64,000 nucleotides of DNA from Schmidtea nova (Eukaryota): assembly GCA_044892505.1 (NCBI GenBank), contig CM097884.1, forward strand, positions 82,088,001 to 82,152,000, read 5' to 3'. Each line of letters starts with the position of its first letter. The first letter of the stretch is position 1. Both the position numbers and the translations under genes were made by a program. Below are positions 27,044 to 39,960 of the stretch, piece by piece. Under the pieces are notes generated by a model. It was given only the letters and a program-made list of their open reading frames with translations. It ran no database searches and was not told the origin of the DNA.

Positions 27044-27187
27044 TGGGCGGTTGGCGGATGGCGGTTGGCGGTTGGCGGTTGGCGGTTGGCGGTTGGCGGT
27101 TGGCGGTTGGCGGTTGGCGGATGGCGGTTGGCGGTTGGCGGTTGGCGGATGGCGGATGGCGGATGGAGGATGGCGGTTGGTGGTCGG
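27044..27187 (+). repeat. (GGCGGTT)n heptamer tract, right
   Basis: Tandem GGCGGTT/GGCGGAT units; the copy number differs from the left tract. Confidence 0.9.
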
Positions 27188-27458
27188 ATTTTTGGTCTGG
27201 TATTTTTGAATAGGATTTTTGGTCTGGTATTTTTGAATAGGATTTTTGGTCTGGTATTTTTGAATAGGATTTTTGGTCTGGTTATTTTGAATAGAGAATT
27301 TTGGGTCGATCTTTTGTATAGGAAATTTTTGTCGGTCTTTTTGTATAGGATTTTCTATTCCGAGATTTTTCTCGGCCAAAAAGGGACGCTGGTATTTTTG
27401 TACATGGAATTTTGGTCTGGTATTTTTGTATAGGATTTTGGTCTGGTTATTTTGAACA
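27188..27458 (+). repeat. Right-end-specific ~29-bp tandem repeat (GGATTTTTGGTCTGGTATTTTTGAATA..)
   Basis: Several near-identical copies are followed by degenerate ones. It has no counterpart in the left end, where 13443-13558 is a different sequence. Confidence 0.85.
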
Positions 27459-27648
27459 GGGCACGTGCGGATGATACAAAAAATTCTGAAAGTAGTAGTT
27501 GCCATTGGAAACACGTGCCATAAGTGTGTCTTTGCACAAGTTTGCTGGTCACGTACGAGTGATGTAATGGTCAAGTGTCCGGTGTTATGTAACTTTAAAA
27601 AATTTGGGGGGGGGGGTAACTGATCTGACGGGGACACATCCTACTACT
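27459..27648 (-). repeat. Right terminal inverted repeat (190 bp)
   Basis: It is the reverse complement of 13252-13442. Confidence 0.9.
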
Positions 27649-27818
27649 ACAAAAATAAAAAACGTGATTATTTTAAAAGAAAAATTTAATTCAAGAACCA
27701 AAACAAGTAATAATGTAATATAGATAAATAAATATAATAACATATAAAAAGAAAATAATCCGAAAAGAATAAACATAAAAAGAATAAATAAACACAGTTC
27801 TTTGACAGCATAAATTAA

Positions 27819-27823
<5 letters not shown>

Positions 27824-27864
<41 letters not shown>
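27824..27864. repeat. (TA)n microsatellite
   Basis: Read directly from the sequence. Confidence 0.95.
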
Positions 27865-27867
<3 letters not shown>

Positions 27868-27915
27868 CATAAAAATATGGCAATGATTTAATAATAGATA
27901 AGCGCCAACTAACTA

Positions 27916-29870
27916 CACTCAATCCTTTTTTACGCGATTTTATTTTCGCCGAAAATTCAAAAATTTCGGTTCAGTTCTTTATATTTTATTTTACATCAAA
28001 CATTATACATTATGCAAACATTATACAAATTTCCGTATTTTGAAAAATATTTTTTCTGTGTTATGTATGTATACATACATATTCCTACTTTAGTTTTCTA
28101 GAAGATTTTAATGGTGTCAGATGCGCTTCTGTATGATATGTTATAATTCCAAAAGCATTATAAGTTAAAGTGTGTAGTTCGTCGTAGTGTATAATAATTT
28201 ATTATTTGCAAAACTGCTGTTTTTTAATTAATTATAATCAATTAATTTTAATCAATTGGAAAATCAAATTCTCTGAAAATTAAAATTATTTAAGTGGATG
28301 TTATAAAATTCATTTTTACAGTTTTTTTACCGAAATGGCCAGCAAATTAGGAACCAAGCGCAAGGGAATTTTACTAGAGCTAAAAATCAAAGTTTTAGAC
28401 GAGTGGTTCTCAAAGCGTGTTCCGCGGAACACTGGTGTTCTGGCGATCACTTTCAAGTATTCCGCGAAAAAATCAAATGTACAATTCAATTAAAAATTGT
28501 TCTCAAATAAAAATAAATTCAATATAAAATTTATACGTACCATTCGGCTTTGTATAATTACAAACATAATGGAGTGTTTTTGCGAACATTATTCAATTTT
28601 TTATTGCTCTTTTGATTTTAAAAAGGTTAACTACCCGCGCCCCCTGTTTTAAAGTTTATGTTGTATTGTAGATGTTCCGCCTAAAAATGTATCAGAGTTT
28701 AGTGTTCCCCGACTTCAAAAAGTTTGAGAACCACTGTTTTAGACAACCTAGAACAAGGTTTAGGTCCTACAAGAGTTGGTCAGAAACTTGGCCTCAGTAA
28801 ATCGACAGTGCGTACAATAAAGAAGAATGAAAATTCTATCAGGTAGTCCGTAATATTTGGTTAGAAAGTAACTGTATCAACATCGTTGTATTGTAGAAAT
28901 ACTAATGTAGAAAAAATGGAAAATCTCTTAGGAATAATTTAGCAATAATTGAGGATCTCAATCAAAAAAGGATCACTGTTTACACAGCAACGATTAAAAA
29001 AAGGCCATTCGTATTTAAAATCAAATTTTGCACCAAGAACTATCAACTTCGTCATCTGCAAAATAGAGAAAAATGAATTTTCGGCCAGCGGAGGGTGGTT
29101 TTCTAAATTCCTAAACTGGCAAAAATTGTAGAAGAAGGTAGTTACACACCCGACCAAGTATTCAACGCAGATGAAATCGGGCTTTTCCGGAAACGACTGT
29201 CAACTCGGATGTACGTATCTAAAACTCAGAAATCTATAGGTGGTTTAAGTAGCAAAAGAGCGTGTAACATTTTTACTATGTAGTAATGATTCCGAAGATC
29301 GAATGTTAATTCCTCTGCTCGTAAACAAAAACCTCAGGCTCAGAGCACTAAAATGAAAGGATTTAATGAAATTACCTGTTCATTGGGTTGCAAATAAAAA
29401 AGCGTGGGTAACTGCAGTTTTATTCCAATATTATTTCGAAAAATGTTTTGTACCAGGGATGAAGAGGTATCTGAATGAAAAGAAGCAGACCTTCAAGGTC
29501 TTATTAATTATTGATAATGCGCGTGGTCATCCAGTACTAAACCAACCCTATGTAAAGGTAATTTTCTCCCACCTAATACCACATCAATCAAACAACCATT
29601 GGACCAAGGAATTATATTGACATTAAAGTTGTACTTCTTGAAAAAACTTTTCAGTGCATTCTCGAAAAAATGGAGAATGACGATGAACGAGAATTCAGCA
29701 ATGCTTGGAAACAATTTTCTATTATGGATTGTATCACATACAAGACTTCAGCAATCGCAAAGTTGAGAAGGTCTACGTTAAACGCATGTTGGAATCCATT
29801 ATGGCCAGCTTGTGTCGTAACTGAAACAGCTGTGGTCATTTTATTCAAGCAAATAAACCCATTTTTTAAC
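27916..29870 (+). mobile_element. Tigger/pogo transposon relic
   Basis: Fragments are MASKLGTKRKGILLELKIKVLD|NLEQGLGPTRVGQKLGLSKSTVRTIKK (psq-type HTH), FSASGGWFSKF (CENP-B HTH), VFNADE and WVANKKAWVT...LLIIDNARGHP (DDE_1). It has many lesions and a putative left end TA|CACTCAATCC. Confidence 0.85.
28401..28736. mobile_element. Buster/Charlie-type hAT MITE inserted in the Tigger ORF
   Basis: TIRs are (G/C)AGTGGTTCTCAAA / TTTGAGAACCACTG, and the 8-bp TSD TTTTAGAC is perfect. Removing it restores the Tigger reading frame. Confidence 0.9.
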
Positions 29871-30145
29871 TCTTTCTTTTAACTTCCAATTTCTGTTTGT
29901 TTTCTTGTCAAACTTTGGATCGATTTTTAACCCACTTTCCGATATCCAATCGATCTGAAAATTTGCGAGCAGACAAATTATTCCATTGAAAAATTGAAAA
30001 ATTTTGAAAAATTTTGAAACAATGCGATTTTTTAATTTACTGTTGCCAAGAAACTACCAAACAATGTAACAACAATAAAATTAACCGAGAACATGAGAAA
30101 AAGAAAGAGTTACATTAAAAACTTGTTTTTATGGGTTCCTTTTTT
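29868..30145 (+). repeat. ~280-bp dispersed repeat, copy 1 (copy 2 at about 33425-33705)
   Basis: Near-identical sequence from TTAACTCTTTCTTTTAACTTCC to GGTTCCTTTTTT, with small indels between the copies. Confidence 0.85.
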
Positions 30146-31174
30146 TCGTATTTATCGCATATTAATCTAAAACTAAATTCGACCACTATGCTTACCTCCA
30201 TGTTTTCTAGGATTAAACTCTGTAATTTGGTTTAAATAAATAATGTAAACAGAGACTTTAAAAAATTTCAAATAATGTAAAAAATATCTAAATGTTTGTA
30301 AATGAATGAAACTTTGGTAAAATTTGAATGATGTCGAATGTAACTAGCTGACCTTTCAACTATTATTAAATTATTTTAAAATTTATTAAATAAAATATTT
30401 GTCCTTTGCGGTATTATTTTATCGATTATATTCATCAACTCAAAGAGCACATGAGTTCATTTGGTTAGACCAAAGTCTTTGTTTCCTTCATTCATTTTTA
30501 ATAACTATTATTGGATATTAAATTTGCATCATCTATAACTGCTAGAACTTATAAATATTTATAAATTTATTGAAACGCAAATCTATAAATATCTCGTTAT
30601 AATAGAAGACTGACATGTTCCACTTTTAAATAAATAACTAAATTTTAATAAACAATAATCGATGATTGTGCTCAGCAGATTTAATTCACTTATGCTTATT
30701 ATTCATATGGCCAGGGACTTTAAAGTAATAAATTTAAAAATATAAATTATTACACAAATTATTAAACTAAACATAAAAAATATAATATAACAATAAATAA
30801 TAATTATAATTATATCAACAATAAAGAGTTCAGTATATGAAAAATAAACTAACCAAAATTTATTAAATCTGAATCGCAGAGAAAGACAAAACAATCCTTG
30901 TTACCTGTAAATAAAAAATGTCATGTCACAAAATTTTATAACAGATTTTTTAACAATATATTATCAATTTTAATTAATAGGTGAATTAATCGATTTTAAT
31001 TTCACCTCTAGATATGTTGAACGGATAAATAATCATCTGAGACAAGAGTGATGTCAAACATGTGAACTTTCAAAGGTTGAAAATAAACATGTGATAAACG
31101 GTATTCAGTCGGTTAGACAATCAAGTACAGTGGTTCACACATATCATACACCGCGATTTGTAACATTATTACAT

Positions 31175-31538
31175 NNNNNNNNNNNNNNNNNNNNNNNNNN
31201 NNNNNNNNNNNNNNNNNNNNNNNNNNNNNNNNNNNNNNNNNNNNNNNNNNNNNNNNNNNNNNNNNNNNNNNNNNNNNNNNNNNNNNNNNNNNNNNNNNNN
31301 NNNNNNNNNNNNNNNNNNNNNNNNNNNNNNNNNNNNNNNNNNNNNNNNNNNNNNNNNNNNNNNNNNNNNNNNNNNNNNNNNNNNNNNNNNNNNNNNNNNN
31401 NNNNNNNNNNNNNNNNNNNNNNNNNNNNNNNNNNNNNNNNNNNNNNNNNNNNNNNNNNNNNNNNNNNNNNNNNNNNNNNNNNNNNNNNNNNNNNNNNNNN
31501 NNNNNNNNNNNNNNNNNNNNNNNNNNNNNNNNNNNNNN
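31175..31538. other. Assembly gap (N run); other gaps at about 35876-36004, 49763-49918 and 50039-50255
   Basis: Runs of n. Confidence 0.95.
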
Positions 31539-32855
31539 AACAATACCCAAAATTAAAATAAATAATTTATAAATAAATATTGATTTTTTCACTTGTTTAA
31601 TTTAATAATATATAACAGATCAAATGTTGATTGATTTTTTATTGAAACTTTTATTAACCGAACTTTGGTGAGATTTATGACATTGGTTTTTTTTTTGATA
31701 AAATATCTCACTCTTGATGTTTTATAGCTTTTATACTCGTAAAATAAAAGTGTGACTCACACGATATGAGCGAGTTAACTCATGCCGTGTTTTTAAATTG
31801 TTCCCCGAGCAGCACGACTATTTTTAATATAGAAAAATCGGTGTCGACAAAAGACTCTACACGAATAAACTCGCAATTACCGAAATATGTGCGCAGAGCG
31901 AGCACAAAATCTCAAAGCTTATTGCACAGTGAAAGGGTTAATAATTGTTTTATATATTTTATTTAGCACACTGATGATGGTATACTATGATTAGAATATA
32001 GCCCTAATTCCCAAGTATTTCCACATTCGTCACAGTATGTTTATGACACCCACTGCTATGTTTAATTTAACAAATGTGTTCGTTTTTACACGATATCACA
32101 TGATGTATGTATGACGCGAATTAGTGTCTCCTGTCATTAGCAGTTGGAAAATGAAAGACACCAAATAGCGTCTACCGTCAGAAATGTGTTAATTAACGAT
32201 TTAAAGCACTCAAACGAATTAAATCGGGTACAAGAAACCGAACTTTTTTCTCATACTCGAGATAATATGTTGGTTTCACATACAATATTGACTAAAAATT
32301 ATTATGTCGAGATATTTTTGTTGGCATAATTAAGCCGGTTCAGTAAAGTTCGGCCAATATTTTTATGCAAGAGGCAACTTGCTTTTTTACAAGATTTGTA
32401 AATGCTCTTTTATGTAAACATAAAATAAAGAATAAAAAATAACGCTTTCTTATTTTTATTGGTGTGTTACAGGGTTAATCAAGATATTTAAATTGCAATA
32501 TTTTAACCTCATAATGCCTGAATTAATAAATTTTAATTTTTAATTAATTAATAAAATATTTATTTCATAAACGCATATAACAATATAGATAGATATTATC
32601 GTTAGATCTTACGATAGGAATGTAATAAGTATACTACACTCGATCATGGCTCGAAAAATATTTTTCTGTCGCGCATATAATTGTAGAAAAGGTGCATTGC
32701 GAATTTGCAGTGTTCAGCGTTAATCGGTTAGCATTTCGATAATATAGTATGTAGCCTAATGTGGACAAAAGCACTGTTTTTTGCATAATATGATAGTTTT
32801 TATGTGTAAATCACAATTAAACTCGAAATTAATTTTTATTATTTTATTAGTTTAA

Positions 32856-33096
32856 CCCTTCATTGCATGACTTTTTTATTTTTAGTAAAAAAAATCATTT
32901 CTATTGTATCTTACTCTAAACATTAGAAGAAAAATAATTAAATAGCACCTCTTGTGGCTAAATTATGAACTATATACTTGAGTTATGAATGTAACTAATC
33001 AGTAACAACAACGAATGGTTTCTTATATTTTTTAAAGGACGTTTTAACACTAACTTTTGGCAATGTAACAAATTTGATACACGATGCAGCGAAGGG
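32856..33096. mobile_element. piggyBac-like MITE
   Basis: The ends read TTAA|CCCTTCATTGCAT ... ATGCAGCGAAGGG|TTAA. Confidence 0.75.
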
Positions 33097-34765
33097 TTAA
33101 CTACCAATTTTAAAGTTTAGAAAAATAATAATATAAGTTTAGTTACAGTCACCATGACAGTTAAACAAAAATTCAAATTAATAAGTAAAATTTAATAAAA
33201 CAGATTTTAATATTTAAGGTAATATACCGTTTAAAAGGAAATACTAATCCAAGCTGGACAAATTATGCATTATTCGATAAAAAAAGTCGGCTATCAGCAA
33301 AACACTTGATTAATTGCGCAATAGCCTAATTACGTATATTATTAAAAAAGTAATAAATTGAAATTTAGGAATAGATATCTTAAAATCACATAAATACAAT
33401 TTAAAATCAAAATTGAATGTTATTTAACTCTTTCTTTTAACTTCCAATTTCTGTTTGTTTTCTTGTCAAACTTTGGATCGATTTTTAACCCACTTCCCGA
33501 CATCCAATCGATCTGAAAATTTGCGAGCAGACTCGTGGTAGCCCACAAATTATTCCATTGAAAAATTGAAAAATTTTGAAACAATGTGATTTTTCAATTT
33601 ACTGTTGCCAAGAAACTACCAAACAATGAAACAACAATAAAATTAACCGAGAACATGAGAAAAAGAAAGAGTTACATTAAAAACTTGTTTTTATAGGTTC
33701 CTTTTTTTGGTTATTTATTATAAATAAGTTATAATATATTTAACTATTTTACTGTGGAAATAATTTTCAAAAAGCGTGTATGTTTTCCAGTTTTGTCTTA
33801 ATTTGCTACATTACACTATTTTGACAAAATATAACTTTATTTTGATTGAACATTCATGGTTATATAGAAATTCATTCAAAGATAAGTTTACTCGGGATCC
33901 ACGGTAAAGGGATAAAATATCTATGTTTATTAAGCTCGTGATTTACATAGATTTGTTGCAGAAGTTTGTGCAATGTTCCTCGATGTTGACTAATTAATAG
34001 AAAACGTCAAAAATGTAATTTTTAAGTATCGTCGAGAATCCGAGTATTTCACTAGCTGTATAATTGAAAACATTGTATTGAAGAAACAAGCAATATTGTG
34101 AGAACTTTTTCATTAAATTCATCAGCAGTTATTTAAAACACATTCAAAAACTGACGTATATGGCCAACAATTTTCACTAAAAGTGAATAAGAAAGAATCC
34201 GCCGATGATTAAATATAAATAAATTTTTTATCATATGATGTATTTATTTGAAAATATAAATTCAAGTACATTCGGTTGTCAGAAGACATCACATGACACA
34301 CCCAGTAAGCAACATACGGGTATCAAAAGACATCATGTGACGTCTCCGGTCAATAATATGCTAACAACTCAACAACTATTGAAGCATCCTTCACTTTCGA
34401 ATGCTATTTTGATAATAAATAGAGAGAAGTGTTAATTGATTCAGTCAAAAGCATTAATAGTTACATCAAAGATAAATAATATCTAAAAGGTTTTTTTTCA
34501 AGGAAGAATTTAAGAAAACGATCAAGATTAAAGTAGAGTTTGAACAAATAAAAGCTGTGTTTAAGCTAAGAATGAAATTTTAGAAATGTCCAGCTTAAGT
34601 TGAATAATTTAAAATTGCGTTGCAAAAATCATTTCCAAATTTCAAAAATGTATTGAGTGATCAGGTGTGATTTTTCTTTTTTGAATCTGTAAAAACATGC
34701 TATTATTATGCGACAGTAACATTGCCTTTTGCATTTATATATGTAAGGAGTATATATTCTAACTA

Positions 34766-34983
34766 CCGTATATTTCGGCGTATAAGACGACCCTTAAAGT
34801 CAAAAATCACCCTTGAAAATTGTGGGTCGTCCTATACAACCGATATAAAAGAAAGTATTACAGTACAAGATGTATTTATACTACTTTTATGCATATCTAA
34901 AACCCATCAAATTCATCACCATCATCACTCTAATTTTGTACCTCGTCTTATCTGACGGTCGCCTTATACGCCGAAATATACGG
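34766..34983. mobile_element. pogo/Tc1-mariner-type MITE
   Basis: The ends read TA|CCGTATATTTCGGCGTATAAG ... CTTATACGCCGAAATATACGG|TA. Confidence 0.9.
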
Positions 34984-36009
34984 TAATTACAATTAAATTA
35001 AATTGTATTTTATGGAGAATTCAACAATGTAATGTATTTTTATAAATACACATATTTAAAAGTGCTAATATCAAATAAAGATTTTAATTAAAATAAGGTT
35101 AAATTAAATATGGCTTATAATAAATAATCAATATAAAAATCCTAAAAACCAGTTTAAACTTAATTGATTGAATATTAAAAATGTTGGCAGTTTTTTAGAA
35201 ATTAAGTTTCGTTATTCTTAATTATGAACGACGAAAATATTAAGAAAATTGAAATTAAAATGGCGACCACGGTCACATATCTTCAATTTGCAAAGATTAC
35301 AGTGGTTTTCCAGTGCTACCAAAACTAGCAACAGATTCTAGTTACTACATTACTAGATAAATCTTTAGTTGAAAAATATGAAAACACAAGGAAAAACATT
35401 TAAAGAATGATAGAAAATTTATATTTGGTAATAGAAATAATTACCAATAAAAAGGGAACCAGTACACTTATAATAGAAGGGCAATAATAGCAATCGATGT
35501 GGAAGAGGATCAGATACCTGGAAACTATCCAACTAATTCGGAAGAAGTATATGATTAGATACAATACCCAAAAGAACAGGTTCCATCACGAAAGGCTATA
35601 ATCGAAGCAATTTATTAGGTAATTTTTATATTGATGATGTTATAAGCCAGGCATGCTTAACCGAAATGAATTTGGAATGAACATTACAAAAATTTTTTAA
35701 AAAAGAGCCATAACCATTTTTCATAATGTTCTTTTAAAAAACCAAAAACTTTATAAAAAAATTAACATTCATTGATTGAAAAAAACTTAAACTTAATAAA
35801 AAATTAAGATAAATAAATAAGAAAAATTAATATTAAAACATTTTTTATATAATTAGCATTTATGAGAAAAAACTTNNNNNNNNNNNNNNNNNNNNNNNNN
35901 NNNNNNNNNNNNNNNNNNNNNNNNNNNNNNNNNNNNNNNNNNNNNNNNNNNNNNNNNNNNNNNNNNNNNNNNNNNNNNNNNNNNNNNNNNNNNNNNNNNN
36001 NNNNCAAAG

Positions 36010-36900
36010 TCTTTAATGGGAAATTTGTTTTTCCTTTTTTTGTTAATATTAATTTCAATTTTGGTTGTAGCTATACGTAGCTGATTTTCCATTTTAATGT
36101 CCATTTTTCTAGTTTTATTTTTGCAAAGTTTTATTTGAGAAAAAAAGATTCACAAAGATAGGATCTGCCAAAAGAACTTAAAATTCTGATTGCATGTTTT
36201 TTTTAATTTGGACATTTTGCTTCACGTACATATATTTTATAAAATTCAATTTATTTTCAAATTCTGAAAAATATACTTTTTAGATCGCTATGGCATTGTA
36301 AATCAATGATTTCCATTTGGAGTTTAATTGGCACTTGCGTGATATCAACAGTAAATGGTGATGAAAACTTTTCAAAATCTGTATTATATTTGGTTATTTC
36401 ATTGAATTTTATATCAAATTCGTATTTTTATCCACGATAAAATATAAATATTGTTGATTTCATGAAAGTGTGAGGAATCATTTTCCATTAATTGTTTTTG
36501 CCACAAACACAATTTAAATTTAAATACTTTTATAGCGTGGCATGAGTTGATCATCAACATATTTTTACCTCGAGGTTCAATATTCAAATTATCAAGAAGC
36601 TCACAAATATCGACAAGAAAACATTATCTATTCATTATCCATTTTGGTTCAGTTAATTCTGAAAATGTTCGATATATCAGTTCAAAAAATCTTCTTAATC
36701 ATTTGCCACGACTCAACCACTTGATTTAACTGAAATTTCGTCTATTTCTTCTCAATTACAACAAGAAGAATTAAAATTCAATTTAGGATTAGATAAATGA
36801 CCTATTGGTAAATAACCTATTTTTATGTTAATGCTTCTAACTAATAATTCCATTCCACATATTAAAGATAATTCTAATGGTAATGCCGCAATAGACCTTC
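36010..36900 (-). pseudogene. hAT transposase relic, GTF2IRD2/SPIN-Buster-like
   Basis: Fragments KWLSRGK*LRRFFEL, FLVDICELLDNLNI...KFKLCLWQKQL and HAIRILSSFGRSYLCESFFSQIK...LRIAT. Confidence 0.8.
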
Positions 36901-37356
36901 TTTGTTGATTATATATTATTTTATACATTTGTTTTTTATTTTTGGTATTTACGTGCGATAATTATGGTTTCTTGTGTTTGTTCAAAAAATATTTATTAGA
37001 CTTTAACTATAACACTAAGTAAATCAACAATAACATAATTGAAAAACAATTTTAAAATGCAAATTCTTCTGATGCTTGGAGCTTTTAGTAATGCGTTAAA
37101 ATGGAAAACTAGGATACTTTTTTGTTTTTATTGGTTTTCGGCTTTTTTTGATAATATCTTTGGTTTTAAATAGTGCGACAAAAGATTCATTGATTGAAAA
37201 TTTTCTGTAATTTATTTTTTCGGAGGTGTGAAACTGGTTTTAGATGGAATTATTGTTTCACGATTCTTTTTAAAAACTTTACTAAGTTTTTATACCTTTG
37301 AATGTTCAACGAGTGATTTAAGTTTCATGATTGATGTCAACTTTATTTATTCAACT

Positions 37357-37850
37357 TTATTTATAAACCTTGTTGAAAATATCAGTTCAAACACGTAATT
37401 CATCACTGCATTCCTATGTAAAATCAAGAAAACAAACATGTGAGATTTTAGTTGATTCTTAAAATGTATTTATTAAGAAATTTCGATTATAAGGATATGC
37501 CTGTCTTGCAAGAAATTCAGTAACTGTTGCATCTCTAGGATTTTTAAAAACAGTCAAATATTGTACACTCAAATTGCGAGTTTGATGTGATCCACCTTGA
37601 TGAAATAAATTCTGAGTAATAAAAATAACAGTAACATCCTTATGTCTAGCGATTTTCGTAAATAAATTTTTAAAGTCCTTTCTTTCTCGCTTCTAGATAC
37701 AAATCATCAATATTTATCACATAACCTTGTCTCAGTCTAGATGACCCATTTTTATCAAAATCGTTCAGAATCGTCGTTTTTAATTTACAAATCGATCTTG
37801 AGTCATCAGCTTGTTTATGCAAATAAATCTTATTGAATTTTGACTTGAAC
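37357..37850 (-). pseudogene. Polinton-type A32-like packaging ATPase relic (C-terminal two-thirds)
   Basis: Translation VINIDDLY (Walker B), then a frameshift, then LFTKIARHKDVTVIFITQNLFHQG...YLTVFKNPRD...FLARQAYP...LDFT*ECSDELRV*TDIF. These are characteristic Polinton ATPase motifs, with several stops. Confidence 0.8.
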
Positions 37851-38027
37851 AATTGATTTTAATAATTTACAAACAATGTTTTTTCATTTCCACTTTGATC
37901 AACAATTTGATAAACTGTATGATTTTTTAATTCCATTTTTAAATATTTCTTAATTATTAATATTGTTTATATTTGTTTTAATTTTTAAACACTTATGAAA
38001 ATTAAATTGAAAATACTCACTAAAACA

Positions 38028-38365
38028 ATGTTAAGCAACATTAATTATAAAGGAAATGTTCAGTTTCTCATATAAATTTCGTTATGGTAAACCACAACAA
38101 ATTGTGGATAGAAGTAATAAATAACCCATTATATTTTTCCAGTCGGGTAAATGTCGATAATTAGGATGTAAAAAAGCACTGAAAGTTGAAGATTTATTAT
38201 ATGAAATGAATAATCCTTCATGTGTCAACATATTAAACAGTGGTAAAGCAGTTAACCTCGGTATAAAAACCTTAAATAATCGTGCTTTGGTTGAAGAAAT
38301 TATTAAAGACATCAAATCGGTGATTGATGACGTGGAATTATTTAATTTTTTATTAACTATCTATG
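38028..38365 (+). pseudogene. Second TBP-fold gene copy, internally deleted
   Basis: Translation MLSNINYKG...GKPQQIVDRSNK*PIIFFQSGKCR*LGCKK...NNPSCVNILNSGKAVNLGIK...VELFNFLL is colinear with 847-1334. Confidence 0.7.
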
Positions 38366-39589
38366 GAATTATGTAATAATGCAAGATTTTGATTGGATGA
38401 TAGTGTTGAAATAATTAGGATATATACCAATGAGTTTTTACATTTATTTCTATATAGAAATGTCTCTAAATAGTTATAAAGGTAAATATATTTTTATGAT
38501 TTTATTAGATTTAAAAGCAGTTATATACGTACATCTCAGTGAAATCGATGAAGGGCTACCCCTAGTGAATGATCACATAGTTTGTTACACAAATTGTGAT
38601 TAAATAAAGGATGTTTAAATATCACAAATGGATCCTGCGAAATGGGTTAAGGAAATTTCATTTTTCTTCGACTGTAGAATTATAATAAATATTTGATATA
38701 AAATTTGGTTGTTTTTATTTTTGTTTATCAGTAATAGGAGCGTTATCCATTTAGTAATGTGCTTGCTTTTTTATCATGTCTTCGTAATTTATTATTGATG
38801 ACAAGTCTTTTTTATTGGTGGAAACGTTATACATTTAGTAAATTTAATGATGGCAAAAAATTAAAAGTAACTTTAATACTAATTATGTTGCTAAAATGTG
38901 TGTGTAAAAGTTATTTTTATTTATCAGTATTAATTTTAAGTAATTTATAATCAGGTGCAATACAGCCGCATAATATTAGTCACAGGCACACACAAAAGGT
39001 CATGAACTTTGATACACCAACATGTACTCGTATCTGATTGATTGCACACAAATATTTAAGAGTAAAAATACAAAGACAAAATTAGTCTTTATAATAATTC
39101 GAAACAAGCAATCGATTTTCAGTTTCTAGTCCAACCAAGAAAGTATTTGAAAGCTATATTTTGAATGTTAATTTATTCGAGTCTTGAGCAATAAATCTGC
39201 CAAGCCAGTTCACATGTATCACGAACATCAAATGTTTTTCTTGGAGAATGGAATTGAATTCAAATTCTTTTATCTCAATTTTCAAACTTACTAGTTAAAT
39301 TATACAAAGATGTTGTTAATGTCAAAAAAGTTTTGATGAAAATGAATAAGATTTTATCTTGAAACGAAAAGATATACATGAAAAATCGAAAACGCGTTTT
39401 CATGATGCTTTTCCATCAATATAATATAAAGATGACGATAACTGGTTAATTAATATTACACTTCAAGGATACAAAATCGATCCCAAAGATATTATGACAC
39501 CAATTTAGAAAATATATAGTAAGGGATTTGCATAAGATTATAATTTAATAAATTGTATTATTATCAGTCTTGGGTGTTTTAAATATAGA

Positions 39590-39960
39590 TAATTTTTGAA
39601 TTTTAAAAATTTTTTTAAAGTTTTTTTTAATTTTTGAATTTATTAAAGTTTTATAAATTTTTGAATTTTTGAATTTTTTTAATTTTTGAATTTATTAAAG
39701 TTTTATAAATTTTTGAATTTTTTAAATTTTTATAAAGTTTTTTTTTTAATTTTTGAATTTATTAAAGTTTTAAAAATTTTTTTAAATTATTGAATTTTTT
39801 TAATTTTTGAATTTATTAAAGTTTTATAAAATTTTGAATTTTTATGAATTTTTGAATTTTTTAATTTATTAAAGTTTTATAATTTTTTGAATTTTTTAAA
39901 TTTTTATAAATTTTTGAATTTATTAAAGTTTTTGAATTTTTAGAAAGTTTGAAATTTAAA
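39590..39960. repeat. Degenerate AT-rich tandem repeat (TTTTTGAATTTATTAAAGTTTT..)
   Basis: Read directly from the sequence. Confidence 0.85.

Larger units (their letters stand above)
13252..27648. mobile_element. Polinton/Maverick-derived non-autonomous element organised as a 14.4-kb palindrome
   Basis: Termini are AGTAGTAGGATG... / ...CATCCTACTACT, the 6-bp TSD is ACAAAA (13246-13251, 27649-27654), the TIRs are ~190 bp, and each arm has a pPolB C-terminus. The interior 13618-27187 is self-complementary about 20336/20337 (...GATATATATTC|GAATATATATC...). Confidence 0.9.

Noticed and set aside
31091-31592. ORFs containing long X runs (also near 35800-36100 and 49680-50280)
   Set aside because: They are artefacts of N gaps.
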